From: Octopus sinensis
Lineage: Eukaryota
Direction of reading: 5' to 3'
NCBI RefSeq assembly: GCF_006345805.1
Contig: NC_043003.1
Coordinates: 96,472,001-96,536,000, forward strand
Length of the DNA: 64,000 nt
Shown piece by piece: positions 23,213 through 34,400 of the stretch. Under the pieces are notes generated by a model that made no database searches, was not told where the DNA came from, and worked only from the letters and a program-made list of their open reading frames with translations. Within the stretch, counting starts at the first letter, position 1, and every line of letters starts with the position of its first letter. A program made the translations under genes and the position numbers.

Positions 23213-24200
23213 TCATCATCATCATTTAACGTCTGTTGTCCATACTGGCATGGGTTGGATGGTTTGACTTTTCTGGCATGCTGGAAGGCTGCACGAGACT
23301 CCAGTTTGATTTGGCATGGCTTTCTATGGCTGGATGTCCTTCCTAATGCCAACCACTTCAAGAGTGTAATGAGTGCTTTTACGTGCCACCAGCACAGGTG
23401 CCATTTGTGTGACACCAAGGTGCTTTTACATGCAACTAGCATGAGTGCCATTTGTGTGACACTGGTATCTGCCATGTGATTTTGCTCAGCTAGATGGGTC
23501 TTCTTCTCAAGCATGACATAATGCCAAAGGTCTCAGTCATTACCTCCATGAAGCCCAACACCCGAAAGGAACTCAGCCACTTTGCTCCCATGAAGCCGAA
23601 TGCTCAAGAAAGGAACTCAGTCATTTTGCTTCAGTGAGGCCCAGATGCTCAAAAGGTGTTCTTTATGTGTCGCTGGCATGGGTGCCAGTTACCACAACTA
23701 TGATTTCACTTGGCTTGATGGGTCCTCTCAAGCACAGGACATCACCAAAGGTCTTGGTCGCTAGTCATTGCCTCTGTGAGTTTCAAAGTTTGAAGATCAT
23801 GCTTCACCACCTTGTCTTATGTATTCCTGGGTCTACCTCTACCACAGGTTCCTTCCACAGTCAGAGATCAACACTTATTTACACAGCTGTCCTCATCCAT
23901 ATGCATCACATGACAATACCAGTGCAGATGTCTCTCTTGCACATCACATCTGATGCTTCTTTTCTCTCAAGATACTTACACTCTGTTGAACATGCACAGT
24001 GATATTGCACAGCCACTGAAGCATACTGGCTTCACTTCTTTCAAGCCTACACATGTCTACAGCTGTCACAGCCCATGTTTTACTGCCATGTGGTATTGCT
24101 GTTCACACACAGGCATCAAACAATTTGCCTTTCACTCTGATAGAGAGGCCCTTTGTTGCCAGCTCTCTGAACTTTGCCCAACCTAATCCTATTCTCACAG
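23213..24200 (-). mobile_element. Older RTE LINE 3' fragment (same family as 14903-17075)
   Basis: Same 3' UTR and (GAT)n tail, plus decayed homology to 15460-15950. Confidence 0.8.
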
Positions 24201-24322
24201 CTACTTATATTTTACATTATTTTTCTAAATTAATTGAAGTTAATTGCACACAGAAGAGTGGTCGCAGGTTTCTGTACATGTCATGTTATATAATTAAAAA
24301 ATGGATTAAAATATACATCTAC

Positions 24323-24325
<3 letters not shown>

Positions 24326-24381
<56 letters not shown>

Positions 24382-24400
24382 GTGTGTGTGTGTGTGTGCA
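24326..24400. repeat. (GT)n microsatellite
   Basis: Direct reading. Confidence 0.95.
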
Positions 24401-24689
24401 TGTGTGTACAAGTGGTACTGAATAGTTTCTGGCTTTCAATCAAAGAAAATACAGGAGGATTAGTTAATTATGATTTTATTCAACATCTCAGATTTACACA
24501 TTCGTTGCAGCAGTCCTTCAGTTATTCTAAGCCCTGTAAGAGAATTCAGAAGGCTTTTCCCGATACCCTTAAAGCTAGAAAGTTTTCAGCAAAGCAACTC
24601 CTCATAAACACATGTGCACATGCACGCACACTCACACACACACACACACATGCATATATGTGTGTCAGTAAGTATGTATGAAGTGGACA

Positions 24690-25170
24690 GTCATTAAGTT
24701 AAATGTTCATTAAAGATATAAAGATGAAGAAAGCAACAGGTCCACCAAGTATAGCTGATGAGATACTGAAAATGTCTGACAAATTAGAGCTGAAGCTAAC
24801 CACTTGCATAGCCAACCAGTTAATACAAGAAAGTGTCATGCCCAATGACTGGCAGAGTAGTATAATCATCAGTTGATACAAAGGTAAATGAGATACTTTA
24901 GACAGAAGCAACCACAGCGGCATCAAAATGGTGGATTAGGTTATGAAAGAAATGGAAAGAGCATTAGCAGAGTTGATGAAGAAAATCAGCTGAGATGAAA
25001 TGCCGTTTAGATTTGTGCCAGGTCAGGGTACTACAGGTGCTAAGAGTAAGTCTCTTTACCTAGAATTTGTTGATTTAGATTAGGTTTTTAACAGAGTACC
25101 ATAATCTGTAGACTAGTGGTCTTTAAGTAAACTGCATTTTGAGTAATTGCTTGTGAGGGTGAACAAGCAA
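24690..25170 (+). mobile_element. Decayed RTE LINE RT fragment
   Basis: IKMKKATGPPSIADEILKMS...MPNDWQSSIII homologous to 16570-17043. Confidence 0.65.
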
Positions 25171-26879
25171 AATTTGTAGATGAGAGTTACAAGAAAAAAT
25201 GTAGGTGGGAGAATTTTGTAAAACCAAACAGCATTTTGTTTTTGCCATTGGAGCTAATCCAAGAAAAGGCAAAGCGAAAAATTATATATTTCTACTTATA
25301 AATGGGTGTGGTGTGAAGTAGATTTTTCCCTTACATCAAGTAGCATGAAAAGCTCTTCAGGATATATCGGAAGTAAATCTCTCCATTAAAAGAAAAGCGA
25401 AATCTATCTGGCTGTCTTCAAAACTGAAGGCTCTGCCAAGACACCGTCTGGAATTGCCAGACTGTAAATTTGTGCTCCAGCATATTGTCCAGACACCATT
25501 TGAGCATGGCTATTGCCAGTACCACCTGATTCACCCTCGTGCCGGTGTCACCACACTCTCGGAGTGGTTGGCATTAGGAAATGTGCAGAAATAGTTAGTT
25601 GGGGAAAGTTCATTGAGAAATTTAGTGTGCAGTTATGTGTTTGTCAAAGTTAAGTTTTCAGCCTTCTTGTTTATTAGAATTCTCCATGCCACAACAGTGG
25701 GGTTTGAGAGGCTATTCATAGGCTATTATATAGTGATGACCTAAAATGGAAAGACAAGAAAAGATGTCAACAAGAAACCATGACACTACAACCAGCCAGG
25801 AACAGTCTTTGCTACATTTGCGGTACCTGCCAGAGGGAGTTTGTCCAGGATGGGACTACACAGCCACAGCAGGAAATGTATCAGGACATGAAATGTAAAA
25901 GCCGGACTGGACTATTTTATGCGCAACTCCATTGTCTCCTGAAACAAAAAGGATGCCAACAACAACAAATCCTTAGAACAGAAATTCCAGATTTGAGAGG
26001 CCAAAGAGTAAACTTGGTGAAGACTAATGTTTTTTTTTTTTTTTTTTTTTTTTTCTAAGTAGGAGAAAAGACACGATTCTACTGCTATCTAGAAAATGGC
26101 TATGCCTGTTATGCAGAAATAGACTAGGTAGAAATTGCACATGATGCACACAGTACGAACGACTGGTGCATAAGATATGTACTGGGGTCATAGACAGGCT
26201 CCCATTGGATAAAAACTTTGCATGTGTCAGTTGTACAGGAGTGATTAACTGCCCAAGCACTAGTAAAACAAATTCTTTTTAATGCTAGGATTCCATTGAA
26301 GTTGATTGCTTGTTACCTAGGTGATAAAATCTGTTGTGGAGGCAGCTGCTTTGAAAATAAACAAGAATAAGAATGAGATAAAAAAACTTCAGGGAGCTAT
26401 TACTTCTACTGACATGAAGAGGATTTTTTCTATGAGCAAAGTGTAGATTGACTGTTGTTTGTATATAAAGTTTGATTGTGCATGAGAGTGAGGCATGAAT
26501 TTTAAGAAGGTGTGTAAAGACAAGCATTCTTTGGTAGATGTGTAATGTTAGTGTGCATGGGCCATATGGTACACTGGGAGAAAATCAGTGTATGAGAAAT
26601 CAGAAGCAATGTGTAAGAAAGACAAATGTGCTTGTATGGACTTGTAAAGTGTATGGATGATGACAAGTGGATAAAGAAGTCTGAGGAGATTCAAGTGGAA
26701 TGAAACTGTAAAAGAGCTGATCTCACAAAGGTAATGACAAAGAAACATGACAATTGGTGAGACAGTGATCTGGAGAACTGAATTAGGGGAGAGGCAGAAA
26801 GGAAGAGATTTGCACATGTTCTGCAATGTAAGAATCAGAAGCATGAGGTGTTGTAGATTGTAAGACAGCACATCAGAAA

Positions 26880-27345
26880 AAGAAAAAAAAGCCAGATATC
26901 ATTAAAGAAGAGTATCAGGAGTGATTGAAGAACACTTGCCTTTATTGTTGATGACAAAAAAGAAGTAGAGAAGTGCTATAAGAAAGGTTGTTGAACAAGG
27001 AGAATATATGGGATAAAGGGAGTCTACCTTATACAGAAGGATTAGCAATTCAGTTGAAAGCAGTATGGGAGATAGAGTGATTAAAGATATGAAAATTGTG
27101 AAAACTGCCAGCCCATCAGGGATAGTCACTGAGATACTCTCTTTTACTTGTCTCAGTCATTTGACTGCGGCCATGCTGGAGCACCGCTTTTAGTCAATCA
27201 AATCGACCCCGGGACTTATTCTTTGTAAGCCCAGTACTTATTCTATCGGTCTCTTTTGCCGAACCGCTAAGTGATGGGGATGTAAACACACCATCATCAG
27301 TTGTCAAGCAATGCTAGAGGGACACACACAGACACACAAACATAT

Positions 27346-27425
<80 letters not shown>

Positions 27426-28180
27426 TACGACAGGCTTCTTTCAGTTTCCATCTACCAAATCCACTCACAAGGTTTTGGTCGGGATGAGGCTATAGTAGAA
27501 GATACTTTCCCAAGATGCCATGCAGTGGGACTGAACCCGGAACCATGTGGTTGGTTAGCAAGCTACTTACCACACAGCCACTCCTGCGATGTTTAAAATA
27601 TCTGATAAAGTGGGATATTTGTTAGTCTCTCAAATAGTTAATCAGGTAATACAGGAACATTTCACACATAATAACTGGTATAGCAGTTTTATTGTAAATT
27701 GCTTCGAAGGCAAAACAGATGAATTAGAGACTGGAAATTACAGGTGTCAAATTGTTGGCTCAAGCTATGAATGTTACAGAAAGTGTCATAGCACAATTGA
27801 ACAGGAACTGAATAAGCCTAGATGAGATGCTGTTCAGCTTTATGCTTGGAAGAAATTTCACAGATGTCATCTTTCTAGTGAGGTATTGCAAGAAAAGTAC
27901 TTAGCTTAATATAATCTGCTATATCAGGTTTTCTTTGACTTAGAGAAGAATTTTGACAGTGTCATTCTTAATAGTCCAGTGGTCACAAAGGAATGTAGGT
28001 GTAGATGAATGACTAGTGAGGGTTGCACAAATTTTGTGTAAAGGTGCGGCCAGTATGATTTTAGCATGGAAGTAACAGTCCATCAAAATTCGTTCCTCAG
28101 ACCCCTTCTACACATTGCCGTTTTACAGGCCAAATAGAGGAACTCAAGATCAGATGTCTATGGGAACTCCTATATGCTTA
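26880..28180 (+). mobile_element. Decayed RTE LINE fragment interrupted by SINE A
   Basis: KTASPSGIVTE before 27136 continues as MFKISDKVGY...NNWYSSFIVNCFEGK...GNYR after 27588. Confidence 0.7.
27136..27588 (-). mobile_element. SINE family A, full length, nested in a LINE
   Basis: Complete head-to-tail homology; long internal (TA)n. Confidence 0.9.
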
Positions 28181-28336
28181 TGACTTAGTTCAAATTCTGC
28201 CTTTCATCCTTTGGGGGTGATAAATTAAGTACCAGTTGCGTACTGAATTCAATCTAATTGACTGGCCACCTCCCCCAAAATTCAGGGCTTAGTGCCTTGA
28301 GTAGTAAAGAATTGCCCCAAACATAACACACCAAAG

Positions 28337-28569
28337 GTGGCAAGCTGGCAGAAATGTTAGCACATTGGGCGAAGTGCTTGGCAGTATTTCATCTGCCGTT
28401 ACGTTCTGAGTTCAAATTCCGCCAAGGTCAACTTTGCCTTTCATCCTTTCGGGTTCGATAAATTAAGTACCAGTTATGTACTGGGGTTGATGTAATCGAC
28501 TTAATCCCTTTGTCTGTCCTTGTTTGTCTCCTCTGTCTTTAGCCCCTTGTGGGCAATAAAGAAATAAGA
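28337..28569 (+). mobile_element. SINE family C, full length, flanked by about 31-bp direct repeats
   Basis: gtggcaagctggcagaaatgttagc head; flanks at 28306-28336 and 28570-28601. Confidence 0.85.
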
Positions 28570-28752
28570 AAAGAATTACCCCCAAATATAACACACCAAA
28601 GCTAGTCCCAACAATTCTTCAATATCCTCCTCTCTACAAAGATCTATTCTGGTCTTTGTAAATATACTACAGTGTGTTCCATTCCCAATAAAAACAATCT
28701 CCTGTATTGTACTTACTTTCAATAAAGAATGGGAGTATCCATTAACAGTGAC

Positions 28753-29072
28753 ATCCTGCAACATCTTAAATCTCTCCTGAATGACTACCAGTTTGGTTTC
28801 TGTAAGGTGAGATCCCACTATCCCCTTTTAACAACCAGTGAGCCATTGCCTTTGAAGATATCCTGCAACATCTTAAATCTCTCCTGAATGACTACCAGTT
28901 TGGTTTCTGTAAGGTGAGATCCCACTATCCCCTTTTAACAACCAGTGAGCCATTGCCTTTGAAGATATCCTGCAACATCTTAAATCTCTCCTGAATGACT
29001 ACCAGTTTGGTTTCTGTAAGGTGAGATCCCACTATCCCCTTTTAACAACCAGTGAGCCATTGCCTTTGAAGA
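28753..29072. repeat. Three tandem copies of a 107-bp unit
   Basis: Unit starts at 28753, 28860 and 28967; copies appear identical; the unit translates as a decayed LINE RT segment (LNDYQFGF). Confidence 0.95.
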
Positions 29073-29493
29073 ATTTGGTGAAAATAATGTTATTGCCCTT
29101 TAGATCAATAAGTTTTCACTGTGTTTGATATGAGAATTTCCTACTGAAATTTCATGCTTATGGGCTCCAGTCATTTTTTAACTGTAATTTACCCTCATAC
29201 TATCAACTTTAGCATGTCTCAGAGTTAAATTTTGTTCCCCACTTTCTGCTTTAGTACATGAAAGACTTAAGTGACCCCCACACCCAATAACATCCACTCT
29301 TATGCTGATAACACCACCCTTCATTCCTCCCTAAAATTCCCCCATAATTAATCATACACCTGCAACATGGACAGTACATGCCAAGACCATAATGACTTCA
29401 TGAACAATGACCAAGAAAGCATTCCTCAATGGGGATATGCCAATCTTGTGTTTCTTTCACCCCCCCAAAAAAGAAACAAAAGCTACACATATA

Positions 29494-29897
29494 TAGGCGC
29501 AGGAGTGGCTGTGTGGTAAGTAGCTTGTTTACCAACCACATGGTTCCGGGTTCAGTCCCACTGCGTGGCACCTTGGGCAAGTGTCTTCTACTATAGCCTC
29601 GGGCCGACCAAAGGCTTGTGAGTGGATTTGGTAGACGGAAACTGAAAGAAGCCCGTCGTATATATGTGTATATATATATATATATATATGTCTGTGTGTG
29701 TTTGTCTCCCTAGCATTGCTTGACAACTGATGCTGGTGTGTTTATGTCCCCGTTACTTAGCGGTTCGACAAAAGAGACCGATAGAATAAGTACTACGCTT
29801 ACAAAGAATAAGTCCTGGGGTCGATTTGATCGACTAAAGGTGGTGCTCCAGCATGGCCACAGTCAAATGACTGAAACAAGTAAAAGAGTAAAAGAGT
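29494..29897 (+). mobile_element. SINE family A, full length
   Basis: Head, centre, internal (TA)n and (GAGTAAAA)2 tail are all present. Confidence 0.9.
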
Positions 29898-29987
29898 ATA
29901 CCAAGAAAACATTGCACCACACACCTCGATAGCACTCAAATAGAACCCTAAAAATTGTTGGGTCTTAATATTATTAAGAAACTCGGT

Positions 29988-30505
29988 TAATGTGTACAAG
30001 TACACCGGCACGAAAAAAATTGACCTTTTTTTTGAAATTTTTTCAGCATATTCCTATGTTTTCGATGACAGAGATTCCAAATATGCGAAAACCATGTTTT
30101 CAAAAATTTAAATTCCTCCCTCCTCACCCCAATTTTTTAAATTTTAACTTTTTTTCGAATTTTTTGAACAGGTCTTGCAAGCCGTTCATTTTCACTTTTA
30201 GATAGCGGAATGGGTGGCGAGGTGTGTATGAATAAATTTTAGAGTTTCCTCATAGAAAATTTGAAATTAATTATTTTTTTCCCCCATATTCTTAATCTCC
30301 ATATTTTCAGACGCAGATTAAAAAAAAAAAATTGGAAAAAAAGTTAAAATTTTAAAATTTGAGGTGGGGAGGGGTTAATTAAAAATTTTGAAAACATGGT
30401 TTTTGGCATATTCAGAATCTCCGCCATCGAAAAACTTTATTAAAATAAATAAATAAATAAATAAAAAGTCGATTTTTTTTTGTGCCGATGTACTTGTAAA
30501 CATTA
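29988..30505. mobile_element. Foldback MITE with about 185-bp imperfect TIRs
   Basis: taatgtgtacaagtacaccggcac at the left mirrors gtgccgatgtacttgtaaacatta at the right; the inverted homology continues through gaaaaccatgttttcaaaaattt / aaaattttgaaaacatggttttt. Confidence 0.8.
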
Positions 30506-30712
30506 TCCAGTGAAAACAAATCCTTAACATTGCTAGGACTGCATCCCTACGACTATCCCTTTCCTTTAGGGTCTATATTATTTGACGAGCACCGTATACT
30601 AGAGATAACATTTCAGTAAAGGTACTCAGCAATCAGTTTTCAGTACCTTCTTGTAATAAATTTAATTTTCCTCTTGTTGTTAATGACATTACAAAGCTTC
30701 ATTTTACTTAAC

Positions 30713-31006
30713 GGCGATGTTACGGTACAAGTACCGGTGTACTCGCGGAAGTACTCGATACATTACAAAAAAGTTTTTTTTTTTAATATATGGGGGGGGG
30801 GTTAGGGTTTCTGTTAGGGTATGTGGCGATGCTTCGGTATAGGTACACACGTGACTTTGTTTACATTTCTGAAGATAACAGAAACCCTTTTCTCCCACCC
30901 CTAACCTTAATCCTAACCCTAACCCCCCCATATATAAAAAACACACTTTTCTGAAATGTATCTGGTACTTCCAGAAGTACACCGGTACTTATACCGTAAC
31001 ATCGCC
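30713..31006. mobile_element. 294-bp non-autonomous TIR element with a 16-bp target-site duplication
   Basis: TIRs GGCGATGTTACGGTA... / ...TACCGTAACATCGCC (about 61 bp, 8 mismatches). Perfect flanking repeat cttcattttacttaac at 30697-30712 and 31007-31022. Confidence 0.9.
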
Positions 31007-31206
31007 CTTCATTTTACTTAACCTTTAGTTCATAATAAAAACAAAAAAAAAGAGAAGGTAAATAAAAATCGATATTGATAGCACAAATCTCCCAATACGA
31101 TGTCGTTAGGAAGGAAGCTGGTGTTGCTCTATGACAACGCTGTTCAAGTGGGATAACTCTTAGTGGTTTATTGTTGTGCGTGAAGAGTTCCATATAAACA
31201 TCGAAA

Positions 31207-31404
31207 ATGGCTGGACATGGTCACGGCCATGGGCATTGCTGTCACGAACACAACAGCACCGTGCAAGGAAACGAAGACAGCGCCAATGCGTTTAATTTGT
31301 ATCTTAAAATAGACACAGATCGAATTGTATGTTTGAACGAAGCTGTAGAGGATTCTGGAAAACATGTCTTTAAACCATGGAATGAACGTTTCTCGAAGGA
31401 AAAG
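31207..31404 (+). CDS. PITHD1: PITHD1 exon 1
   Basis: aaaATGg start; MAGHGHGHGHCCHEH...FSKEK; donor gtttttt. Confidence 0.93.
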
Positions 31405-34400
31405 GTTTTTTTAATCAGCTTCAATATCCTTCCTTTGTTTTTTTTTAATAAATAATAATTATCACACTTTATTTCACTTTTGTCTGACAAGATGTTTTCT
31501 AGAAATATGCTTCTAACTACGTATACGTAAACACATTATACTATTAACTGTTACAAAATTTAATATATGCAAACATTACTGCGCTTGCTGTATCATAAAC
31601 GTAAACAAGATAGTAAAAGTAGCAAACACGTTAATTTTATTTTTTGTTAATTAATATGTAAAGTATTGGCATGTTAAAGACATATATGTGTTAAACGCAC
31701 GCACATATACGGCCAGGGTTCTTCCAATCTTGGTTTGAAGGCTTACCTCGGAGAAGATTTAAAAAAAATTTTTAGTTTTACATTATTATTATTATTTCTG
31801 CGAATACTTATGTTAAAATTTTAATTACTATGTAGTTACTGTTCCTGTACTTTGTAGGAAATCGCTGTTAATTTTCTATTAAATTTAATCTTTGAATTTC
31901 AAGTATGACTTACTAATGTTGAAAACACCCATGTTCCATTAGTTAAAATTTCTTAATCTCTTATTTTTGGTATTCCAAACCATGCGATTCTTTCCCAGCT
32001 GATTTTCATAAACAGCTTATAGTTAATTATTTTACCAGAGTTTATGTTTATTGTGCGCTAGTATTATAAATCTAGCAAACATTTAGTATCTCGTTGGGCA
32101 TTTTGATATAAACGTAGAAGTAGATGAAATAATAATTATACATCATCATCATCGTTTAACGTCCGTTTTCCATGCTAGCATGGGTTGGGTCTGGGAAGCC
32201 AGAAGGCTGCACTAGGACCAGTCTGATCTGGCAGTGTTTCTACAGCTGGATGCCCTTCCTAACGCCAACCACTCCGAGAGTGTAGTGGGTGCTTTTTATG
32301 TGCCAGACGAGGCTGGCAAACAGCGACGATCGGATGGTCCTTTTTATGTGCCACCGGCACGGAGGCCAGACGAGGCTGGCAACGGCCACAATCGGATGGT
32401 GCTTTTTTACGTGCCACCGGCACGAAGGCCAGTTGGGGCGGCGCTGGCAACGGCCACGTTCGGATGGAAATGATAATCAGAAGTAATTTTGCGAAATTAA
32501 TTCTTAATTTCTTAAAAATCACCTCCCCTTGTCTTTGTGTGTTGCTACTAATCACTGCTCACAATTAAAATGGTCATTTCTGTTCTCATATTACCCATTG
32601 CAGTAATTTGATTTTTAAGACAGTGGGGGCTACCATTAAGTTTTGGTTTTCTTTTTCCACTTTAAAAGTAGGTGTGGGCATGGCTTGGAACAGTCTTGAT
32701 TGTGTGGTTAAGAAGTTCACTTCTCAACCACTTGGTTGGGCAAATCTTTTTATAGCTCTAGGCTAACCAAACCCTTGTAAGTAGATTTGGTTGACTGAAA
32801 GAAACTAAGTGCATATGTATGATACGTATGGGTCTATGTGTGTGACTACACACAAACAGAGGCACATATGCATATATGTATATGTGTGTTTGTGTCTCTT
32901 TGTCTTGACATCACATGATACTTGGAAACTACTGTCACCATCATATGGATAGTGTTGTTCATCACCAATCTTCTGTGAAAATGTAACCAGCATGGGGAAA
33001 TGTTACTTTGTTTGGATGCAGGTGAGGGTTAACAATAGGAAGAACATACGGCGGTAGAAAGTCTGTCTTAACTTATTCCATCTAATTCATGCAAGCATGG
33101 AAAAGTGGACTTCAAAACAATGATGATGGTGATGATAAGGATTTTTTGTATGCATCATTCTGTACATCATCTCTTATTAGAAATTTCATCTTGTCTTTTT
33201 AACTGTGTTTTTATAACCTCACTCACAATCTTTCTCTACAGAGAGTCCTATCTCCAAGAAACACAACCTCTCTGACTCTGATAACTACGGATCTATTAGT
33301 TTTACTTCCAACATTTTTATGGTCATATAAATAATTATTGTCAAACACTTTTCTTATGTCTGGAGTTTCTCTGATTCCTCACTGATGATCAGTAAGACTT
33401 CCATAGAATCAGGCCTACAAAGAACCTGTTCTTCTATGTCACCATGGCCACTTAATTTGCTAGTAATAGCAATCAAATATCTTTCAAAATGCACCCTACA
33501 ATCTTACAAAAAGGGACACATCAGATATCCCTGTACATAAGAAAAATACAAGATAGTTATGGTTAGATCCTCTTTGATCATATGTTTTTGTTTGATCAAA
33601 GCTAACATAAAACTAAAAAATATCAACAGCAATAACCAGTTGTTCCATGGTTTTGAAGTTTGGCATTAGAATTGCTTTGCTACCTTTCATCTTAAGGTCG
33701 AAAACTTCCAGTAAGACTCCAGGGATATTATTATAGTAAAACCGAATGTAGGTTTTGGTTGTATAAAATTACTGCACTTGTATCAATACAATCTTAAGTA
33801 CCCAGTAGATTGGCCTTTAGCCAAAATATAATGGTGAGAGCCTTAAATAAACCAATTTGTTTGCTAAACCTATTAGAATCCATTAAATCATAGCTTACTC
33901 TCTTTAGAAAATTACAACGATGTCCTAGAGATTGTCTGAAAACAACAAATGGGATAGTCATGGCTAGAACGTCTTTGATGATATGCATGCTCACTCAATG
34001 CTATCGAAGGGCTAAAACCCTCAACAATTTCATTTGATTTAAAAAAAAAAAATGTCTTTTTCATCTCTCTCTATATAAACGGCAGTTTGTCTGTGCGTGT
34101 TTCTGTGTGTCTGTTTTCTCGTACCCTCACTCTGACCACGGCTTTCAACCGATTCTGATGAAACTTGACACACACATAGCCCAATGTCATAATTCAAAAC
34201 TAACGCAGCGAAAATTTTGAAAAGTTCCCCCAGTTCTGAAAAAAATCGATAAATTCGACATGGGGTCGAGAATCAAAAAAAATAAACCACAGACTGTCTA
34301 GGGGACGCAACTCAAACTTTTTTTACTCTCAAAAAAAAATTTACCATCATTTTTTTTCCATTTTTTTGCTATTTTTTGGCTATAACTCTCTAAAAATGCT

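Noticed and set aside
25170-25500. Coding-looking stretch after the decayed RTE
   Set aside because: It has stops in the best frames and no recognisable family or exon partners.
28753-29072. Possible CRISPR-like array
   Set aside because: The units are contiguous with no unique spacers, they derive from a LINE, the context is eukaryotic, and there are no cas genes.
18500-31000. A divergently transcribed gene sharing the PITHD1 promoter
   Set aside because: No chain of minus-strand exons with a consistent frame could be found; the region is explained by repeats.
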